DNA from: a virus | Taxonomy: Duplodnaviria; Caudoviricetes | IMG/VR virus record: IMGVR_UViG_3300027852_000075 | Span: 1 to 42,819 of that record | Length of the DNA: 42,819 bases | Strand: one strand, 5' to 3' | Part shown: positions 36,528 to 42,819 of the stretch, in pieces | Position numbering within the stretch: position 1 is the stretch's first letter | How the letters are laid out: every line of letters starts with the position of its first letter | Position numbers and translations under genes: made by a program | Notes under the pieces: generated by a model | The model's database searches: none | Told to the model about the DNA's origin: nothing | What the model saw: only the letters and a program-made list of their open reading frames with translations

Positions 36528-39500
36528 TCCCAAGATTATTGATGATGGCTGCTGCTGCAGGGGAGTTCACCCCGGCTGAAGTAGCAGCACTGGTTAATAC
36601 ACAGAGCTACGGTGTATATAAGGAAATCATGCAGGATGAACCTTTCTGCTATTACCGTTTAGGCGAGGCAGATGGGGTAATAGCTTACGATGAAACCTAT
36701 AATAATGATGGAATATATTCTGGTGCGACTACTTTAGGAGAGGCCTCTAAATTTATTACAGATTATGATGCAGATACAGCAGCATCCAGGACTACAAGTA
36801 ATGGACAGGTAGCCCATAAAACAAGTGGAAGTTTTCAGTATCAAGGTCCTCTTACTATAGAGGCTTTTATGAAGGTAGCCAGCGGTACAGGAGATACTTG
36901 GGTTGCCGGGGTGTGGGAAGGGGCTTTACTATACATGGTAGGATCGAATAGGTACCCCACTTTCATTATCAAGCATTCGGGGGGGAACAAGATTGTTACA
37001 GGACCTGATGCTATGACTGCCGATGTCTGGTACCACGTTGCCGGAGTTTATGTTCCAGGTAAGTCCATGGTTCTTTATGTAAATGGAGTGAGAGTAGCTT
37101 CCACCATCTCTAGTGTGCCTTCCACTATTGTTTATAGTTCTAGTACTTTTTACATGGGGTACTGTGGAGCTACTGCCCAAAAAAGAACCGTAGATGAAGC
37201 GGCCTTTTTTACTAAGGCATTGGATAGCGGTCGTATTATGGCTCATTATAGAGGCTCAATCCAACGTCCGGCTCCTAGAGCTAAACAGTCTGGAGCGTTA
37301 GCTGCCTGGGATTTCTCAGAGGATACAGGGACTACAGCTTATGATCGCATGGCTAATATTTATGATGGTACCTATGAAAATGGCCCGACAATATTTCAAG
37401 ATTCACTAACATCAAACAAAGGGGATAGGTCTGTTTCCTTTAATAGGGGCAGTAGTGAGGATATGCAGCCTACTACTACTCTCCCTCACTTGGACAAATT
37501 TACTCTTGAGGCTTGGGTAGAGCTTACAGCTCCAGATACCGGGAATAACTTGTATACAATTATTGGCAGGTACAATGCTAGTAATGTTGAGTATTTTTTA
37601 TGCTTTGATTGGAACACCAATAATCTGCGTTGTTACGGAATATATTCAGAGGATGGTTCATCTACTGATGGTATTGTTATTAGGTATTCTGGGATAGAAA
37701 TAAATACCCCTTACCATGTAGTAATGACTTTTGATGGTACAGATCTAGTTTTATACATGAATGGTGAGGAGGTAGACAAATCAAATGCTCCTGGCACAGT
37801 TTATGATGGTAATGCCCCTACTTTAGTTGGTGCCATGGGGCCAGCCACAGGTAGCTATAACTTTTGGCACGGACGTATAGATGACCCTGCTGTTTATGAT
37901 TATGCATTATCTCACGAACAGGTACTGGAGCATTTTACTTTTAGTCAGAGCTATTTCGGGGCCGCAGCACTGGAGGATTCCCCTTCAGCCTATTGGAAGT
38001 TTAATGAAATTAGTGGGGCCACTGCCGCAGATGAGATCGGATCAAATGATGCTACATGCGCTGGGACATATTATCGTAACTATCCACCAATAACAGGAGA
38101 GGTGGGTAGATCCGTCTATCTTGATGGCACCTCCGGGTATGCTCATACGACATGGGCCGGTCCACAGGGGTCGGCAAGCAGGAGTTATGAATTTTGGTCG
38201 TATAATATTGGTACTACTACAGTGTTTAGGGCCCTACTGGGGCATGGTAACGCAGCAACTGGGGAAAAAGTAATAATCCTCCAGGATGAAGGAACAGACG
38301 GGGAAGAAGGGGATTTAAGAATCAGTTGCCATGGCTGTTACAAAATTTTTGCTCGTAATATTTCCAGTGGTATACGCCACATAGTAGTTACTTTTAATGG
38401 CAGTACTATGGATGATTTTAGAGCTTGGGTGGACGGAGAGGAGGTAACTGAGATTCGGGCATCTTCTAGCCTTACAACGACCATAGATACAGGAAGTACA
38501 AATAAGGTAAATATAGGCCGTGACCCTATAGGTGCGGGGTATTACTTCCATGGATATATTGATGAGGTAATTGTTTATGATTCTGCATTAACTGATGCCA
38601 GAATTAAAGAGCATTTTGATAGAGGTACTATTAACAGAGACTACCGCTCCAGGGTATTAGGAGCCTCACCTGCTGCGTATTACAGATTAAGCGAATGGGC
38701 AGGAGAGACCTATGCTCTGGATGAAACCAGATTAGGTGCTGATGGTACCTATGTCAATTCCCCCTCGGCCAGTGGAGGGCTTATGTGGGGGGACCCTAAC
38801 AAGTCCATAAACTTTAACGGTAGCACACAGCGGATAACTATTCCTGCCTTGTATACAGGAGCAACCACCGGTCTCACTGTTACGTGTTGGATAAAGCCAA
38901 CCACGTTAGGGGGATCTGCTCGTAAGGTGTTTTATCATGGAGATAATGCTGAGTGTACCCTAGACATAAACACTTCCAATCAGTTGGAGGCTAGGGTACG
39001 GATGTCCAGTGGTAGTTGGGAAACCAGTGGTGCCTCCGCTACATTGACAGTAGGTACTACGTATTTCGCTGTTTTAATGTGGAGTAAAGGCAACTATGTG
39101 CAGTTGTATATTAATGGGTTGCTGGCGGCAGAAGATAGTTCAATAGCTGATTTATTTATGTACGATCCAGGTGCATCTTACGGGCATAGAATAGGATGTA
39201 ACGGGTCTAATGCGGAATTTTTTGCTGGGGATATTGATGAGGTAGCATGCTTCCAGTACCCTACTGGGCCTACGTATATTAAACAGTTGTATAACTTTGC
39301 CCCTCATACTGCAGGCAGATACGCATGGGAGGTAATAAAAGATACCCCAATAGCTTATTGGAGACTGGGAGAGGCTTCAGGTACTATAGCCAACGATTCA
39401 GTAGGTGGGTATAACGGGACATATACTAATACTCCTACTCTCGATGTCACAGGAGCCATAGATCATACAGATACCGCTGTCACTTTCGCATCCGCATCTA

Positions 39501-42127
39501 ACGAATATGTAGCCATGGGGGATGTTCTAGATTTCGAGTATGACGATCCCTTTAGTGTTTCTTGTTGGTTTAACACCACGGCTACTGCCACCTATTATGT
39601 AATCGTGGCTAAGCAAGGTTCTGTTTCTCCTTTTGCCGGATATAGCATATACCAAGATGATAACCAATACATTGGGTTTACTCATGTTAATACGCGGTTC
39701 ACCAATGATATAGAAGTGCGAACAAATACTACCTACAATGATGGCAAGTGGCATCATTTGGTTACTACGTATGATGGTAGTTCAGCAGCCAGCGGAGTTA
39801 TTATTTACGTAGATGGGGATGCTGTAGCAACTACTACAGTCGGGGATACATTAACAGGAAGCACTGTTAATGCTTCTCCTTTCCAGATCGCCTCACGTAA
39901 TGGTGCAGATTACCCCTGGAACGGGAGTTTAGATGAGGTAGCAGTATACCCCTATGAATTAGATAAGAATCAAGTACGGAAACATTACTTTGCAGGAGTA
40001 CAAGGTGAAGATGCATATCGAGGGTATGAACAGACAGCCTTGGAGCTAGGCCCTGTAAGTTATTGGCTTCTGGATGATAAGACCGGTACTACTGTAACTG
40101 ATCAGATAGGTACTGGTGATGGCACTATAACCAATGATCCGTACATGGGTATGCAGGGGCCTATAGGTAGACTGAATAAAACTGCTATGGAGTTTGACGG
40201 TTCCACACAGGATATCTCTATGGGTGACATCCATGATTTTGAGCGTACTGATGAGTTTAGTATCAGTTGCTGGTTCAAATCAAGATCTGTTGGTTCTAGT
40301 AGAGGTACTCTAATAAGTAAGCTGGATCACGCCAGCCCTAATAGTGGGTATGAACTTGCTATCAGAGGGGATGACAGTGGCAAGATTAGGTTCCTGCTTA
40401 TTAATAACGGGGCTAGTAATGTACTGGGGATGAACAGTTTAACTACTAACCTGGATGATAGTGTGTGGCACCATATAATTGTTACCTACGACGGCTCATC
40501 TACCCCGGCTGGGACTAAGATCTACATTGATGGTATAGATGATACAAACACTACTGCCATCAATGACACATTAGATTCTTCAATATTAAACAACATCCCG
40601 TTACACATCGGGTCACGTAATAGTGACAGTGGTTATCTACCCGGATTAATCAGCGATGTAGTTATATATGATGCAGAGCTTACCCCTTTAAAAGTTTGTA
40701 AACTTTATGCAGCTTCCAGAGTGATAATTGAAGACCAGTACACCCACGCCACAGCCCTTTTGTCCTACCGCCCTATTTCTTTTTGGAGGATGGATGAAGG
40801 CACTGGCACTAACGCTATAGATTGTGTTGGTGGGTTAGATGGTACCTATACGAACACTCCGACATTGACACAGGCTACCCCCTTTATTTATGGGCATGGT
40901 CATGCTGTAGGGCTTGCTTCGACTACTGATGAATATATAACCATGGGGGATATTCATGATTTCGAAAGGACTGATGAGTTTAGTTTCTCTATTTGGTGTA
41001 GGACTTCTACAACTGGTAGTTATGGAATGCTGCTTACCAAGGCAAATAACGATTCCCCTTATGAGGGCATCCATTTGTATCAGGAATCTAGTGCAGATCA
41101 GATAGTCTGTTATATACAAAGTACTACCCAAGGTATAGGGGCTAGGATAACTGCTACCCATAATGATGGGGAATGGCATCATCTAGTACTAACTTATGAT
41201 GGCTCCTCTGCTTCTAGCGGGATAACTTGGTATGTAGACGGAGAGGTTGAAGCATCCAGCACCATAGGAGGTGCCATAAGTACAACGATTCTGAATGCAC
41301 ATCCGTTTCAGATAGGTAATAGGGAAAGTTTCACAAGTAATACTTGGAATGGTGATGTAGATGAAACAGCAGTATTTGATAGGGAGCTTACCGCAGCAGA
41401 GGTAGCCAACATATATACCGGGACTCCTAAACCTGATTATGTACAGGTTGTACTGACTTTAGAACCAGTAGGGTACTGGAGACTGGGGGAGGCTACGGGT
41501 ACAGTTGCGCGGGATGTTACGAAAAACACAGATGGTACCTACACCAATACTCCGACATTAGAAGTGGCAGGGGCTCTTGCTTTAGACTTAGACACAGCAG
41601 TGACTTTCGTTGCTGCCTCCAGTGAATACGTCACTATGGGTGATGTTTTAGACTTCGATTATAACGAAGCTTTTAGTTTATCCTGTTGGTTTAAGACCAG
41701 TACCAGCAGTACTCAAATGTCGCTGGTTAGTAAGAACACTCACTTATCTCCTTGGAATGGGTATGAACTATATCAACATGGTACCAGTAACAAGCTATAT
41801 TTTGTTTTAGTAAATTCCGCCCCTGCAAATTACATAGAGGTACATACTGACAACACTTATAACGATGGTGAGTGGCATCATACGATTATGGCATATGACG
41901 GCAGTACAAACGCTAGTGGAGTCACCATATACGTAGATGGGGTAGTAGTAGCAACAACTGTTGGGGCCGACACTTTAGGTGCCACTACGGTTACCGCTTT
42001 TCCTTTCAATATTGCAAGTAGGAATAACGGTCAATATAGCTTCAACGGATCTTTGGATGAAGTAGCGGTATTTGATAAAGAATTAACATCAGTAAATGTA
42101 GCAGATCTATATACTGCGGGTATATAG
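36524..42127 (+). CDS. Large adhesin with eight tandem LamG/concanavalin A-like domains
   Basis: Eight units of about 220-240 aa, each starting P-x-x-Y/FW-R/K-L-x-E (or similar) and containing WHH/WYH-like, TYDG, IYVDG and G-x-I/LDEVA motifs. Confidence 0.9.
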   Translation: MIPRLLMMAAAAGEFTPAEVAALVNTQSYGVYKEIMQDEPFCYYRLGEADGVIAYDETYNNDGIYSGATTLGEASKFITDYDADTAASRTTSNGQVAHKTSGSFQYQGPLTIEAFMKVASGTGDTWVAGVWEGALLYMVGSNRYPTFIIKHSGGNKIVTGPDAMTADVWYHVAGVYVPGKSMVLYVNGVRVASTISSVPSTIVYSSSTFYMGYCGATAQKRTVDEAAFFTKALDSGRIMAHYRGSIQRPAPRAKQSGALAAWDFSEDTGTTAYDRMANIYDGTYENGPTIFQDSLTSNKGDRSVSFNRGSSEDMQPTTTLPHLDKFTLEAWVELTAPDTGNNLYTIIGRYNASNVEYFLCFDWNTNNLRCYGIYSEDGSSTDGIVIRYSGIEINTPYHVVMTFDGTDLVLYMNGEEVDKSNAPGTVYDGNAPTLVGAMGPATGSYNFWHGRIDDPAVYDYALSHEQVLEHFTFSQSYFGAAALEDSPSAYWKFNEISGATAADEIGSNDATCAGTYYRNYPPITGEVGRSVYLDGTSGYAHTTWAGPQGSASRSYEFWSYNIGTTTVFRALLGHGNAATGEKVIILQDEGTDGEEGDLRISCHGCYKIFARNISSGIRHIVVTFNGSTMDDFRAWVDGEEVTEIRASSSLTTTIDTGSTNKVNIGRDPIGAGYYFHGYIDEVIVYDSALTDARIKEHFDRGTINRDYRSRVLGASPAAYYRLSEWAGETYALDETRLGADGTYVNSPSASGGLMWGDPNKSINFNGSTQRITIPALYTGATTGLTVTCWIKPTTLGGSARKVFYHGDNAECTLDINTSNQLEARVRMSSGSWETSGASATLTVGTTYFAVLMWSKGNYVQLYINGLLAAEDSSIADLFMYDPGASYGHRIGCNGSNAEFFAGDIDEVACFQYPTGPTYIKQLYNFAPHTAGRYAWEVIKDTPIAYWRLGEASGTIANDSVGGYNGTYTNTPTLDVTGAIDHTDTAVTFASASNEYVAMGDVLDFEYDDPFSVSCWFNTTATATYYVIVAKQGSVSPFAGYSIYQDDNQYIGFTHVNTRFTNDIEVRTNTTYNDGKWHHLVTTYDGSSAASGVIIYVDGDAVATTTVGDTLTGSTVNASPFQIASRNGADYPWNGSLDEVAVYPYELDKNQVRKHYFAGVQGEDAYRGYEQTALELGPVSYWLLDDKTGTTVTDQIGTGDGTITNDPYMGMQGPIGRLNKTAMEFDGSTQDISMGDIHDFERTDEFSISCWFKSRSVGSSRGTLISKLDHASPNSGYELAIRGDDSGKIRFLLINNGASNVLGMNSLTTNLDDSVWHHIIVTYDGSSTPAGTKIYIDGIDDTNTTAINDTLDSSILNNIPLHIGSRNSDSGYLPGLISDVVIYDAELTPLKVCKLYAASRVIIEDQYTHATALLSYRPISFWRMDEGTGTNAIDCVGGLDGTYTNTPTLTQATPFIYGHGHAVGLASTTDEYITMGDIHDFERTDEFSFSIWCRTSTTGSYGMLLTKANNDSPYEGIHLYQESSADQIVCYIQSTTQGIGARITATHNDGEWHHLVLTYDGSSASSGITWYVDGEVEASSTIGGAISTTILNAHPFQIGNRESFTSNTWNGDVDETAVFDRELTAAEVANIYTGTPKPDYVQVVLTLEPVGYWRLGEATGTVARDVTKNTDGTYTNTPTLEVAGALALDLDTAVTFVAASSEYVTMGDVLDFDYNEAFSLSCWFKTSTSSTQMSLVSKNTHLSPWNGYELYQHGTSNKLYFVLVNSAPANYIEVHTDNTYNDGEWHHTIMAYDGSTNASGVTIYVDGVVVATTVGADTLGATTVTAFPFNIASRNNGQYSFNGSLDEVAVFDKELTSVNVADLYTAGI

Positions 42128-42149
42128 TAGCGCATACGAGGTTTAAGTA

Positions 42150-42819
42150 ATGTCTTTCCGTTCTTTTGGACTATCATCATACGGATTGTCCAAAGGGACA
42201 GAAGGGACCGCACCTGTTCTGCATACTCACCATGTTATACAATCGTATGGCTTAACCTCTTATGCCCTGTTTCAGGGACCAATAAGCACTGCTCCCACTG
42301 CTTTAGGTACTCCAGGGCATTTATCTTTTACAGGTAATTTGTCTGAGGTATCGACACCTACTACTTCGCTGGGCACTCCAGGGCATTTAGATTTTACTGG
42401 TAATATCTCTTCTGCTCGTATATTAAATAAAGCTTTAGGTGTTGCAGGACATTTAGATTTTACTGGTAACTTAGCTACTGTAAAGATAGATAACTTTGCT
42501 AAGGGCACTTCTGGGCATTTAACATTTACTGGTAATATTTCTGAGTCAGACATACCGCACATTTATTCTGAGGGCACCCCAGGTCATTTAGATTTTACCG
42601 GAAACATAGCTACCACTACGTTCAGGCAAATAGCAGAAGGTATATCTGGGCATCTAACCTTTACAGGTAATTACAGTACTACTTTCAATCCTGAATTAGC
42701 AAAGGGCACTTCTGGGCATTTAACATTTACTGGAAATGTAGCTACAGCATTATCCTATGAGGTAGTAAGTGCTCAAGCTACTTTAGTGGCGGGTCACGAT
42801 TTAATCGGTGATCTGGATG
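42150..42819 (+). CDS. Partial repeat protein (runs off window end), probable fibre/structural protein
   Basis: ATG 42150 follows GAGG and the frame is open to the window end: MSFRSFGLSSYGLS... with seven GxxGHLxFTGN repeats. Not in the ORF track because there is no stop. Confidence 0.8.
   Translation, partial: MSFRSFGLSSYGLSKGTEGTAPVLHTHHVIQSYGLTSYALFQGPISTAPTALGTPGHLSFTGNLSEVSTPTTSLGTPGHLDFTGNISSARILNKALGVAGHLDFTGNLATVKIDNFAKGTSGHLTFTGNISESDIPHIYSEGTPGHLDFTGNIATTTFRQIAEGISGHLTFTGNYSTTFNPELAKGTSGHLTFTGNVATALSYEVVSAQATLVAGHDLIGDLD
42306..42737 (+). repeat. Seven coding repeats, 66-nt period (one 69-nt)
   Basis: Core gg(g/a/t)cat(t/c)ta-nnn-tttac-n-gg-n-aa. Copies 4 and 7 share 32 identical nt (42501-42532 and 42702-42733). 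Confidence 0.9.

Larger units (their letters stand above)
1..42819 (+). mobile_element. Tailed phage (Caudoviricetes, siphovirus-like) head-tail morphogenesis module; free phage versus prophage cannot be decided
   Basis: Canonical order terminase-portal-protease-capsid-neck-tube-chaperone-tape measure-tail tip, all on the + strand with overlapping stop/start codons. No sheath gene, no host genes and no att/integrase in the window. Confidence 0.96.

Noticed and set aside
84-42562. Minus-strand ORFs and short nested plus-strand ORFs in the track (e.g. 6771-7247, 12963-13403, 14304-14786, 30107-30289, 37881-38093, 42272-42562)
   Set aside because: They overlap well-supported + strand genes, have no recognisable motifs, and have the composition expected of antisense or off-frame shadows.
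42306-42737. CRISPR-like array (about 33-nt repeat plus 33-nt spacer, 66-nt period)
   Set aside because: The period is a multiple of 3, the region is one open frame, repeat differences fall largely at synonymous positions, the repeats are not palindromic, and no cas genes are present.
1-42819. Genome-wide stop-codon reassignment
   Set aside because: Coding density is near complete under the standard code, and TAG and TGA stops (19038, 27076, 28992, 42127; 6024, 21293) are followed by new starts with RBS or overlap.
1-42819. Host or habitat assignment; tRNA genes
   Set aside because: There is no host-diagnostic gene in the window. Intergenic gaps are mostly too short for tRNAs, and the larger ones show no cloverleaf or T-loop motif.

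Overview
The whole window is the virion morphogenesis region of a tailed dsDNA bacteriophage with siphovirus-type organisation. All credible genes are on the + strand and tightly coupled. The order is: partial ORF, small and large terminase, portal fused to a MuF-like domain, HK97-type prohead protease/scaffold, HK97-fold major capsid, neck/tail-completion genes, tail tube, tail assembly chaperone pair with a -1 slippery site, and a 2439-aa tape measure protein. These are followed by about 24 kb of tail-tip, fibre and adhesin genes. That distal region is built from a few repeatedly reused modules: a 5-member paralogous 'SGGA-N-PDASLGG / NxLFDxIS-YRCxY' family, three copies of an N-terminal anchor domain, small adaptor genes followed by lectin-like payload genes, an 8-domain LamG protein and a His-containing 22-aa repeat protein. 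No sheath, integrase, lysis, tRNA, CRISPR or reverse transcriptase gene was seen. The most notable oddities are the modular adaptor/payload array, a Gln in place of the catalytic Walker B Glu of the large terminase, and a 24-bp perfect inverted repeat at the window start. All product calls come from motif recognition and synteny by eye; no database search was run.
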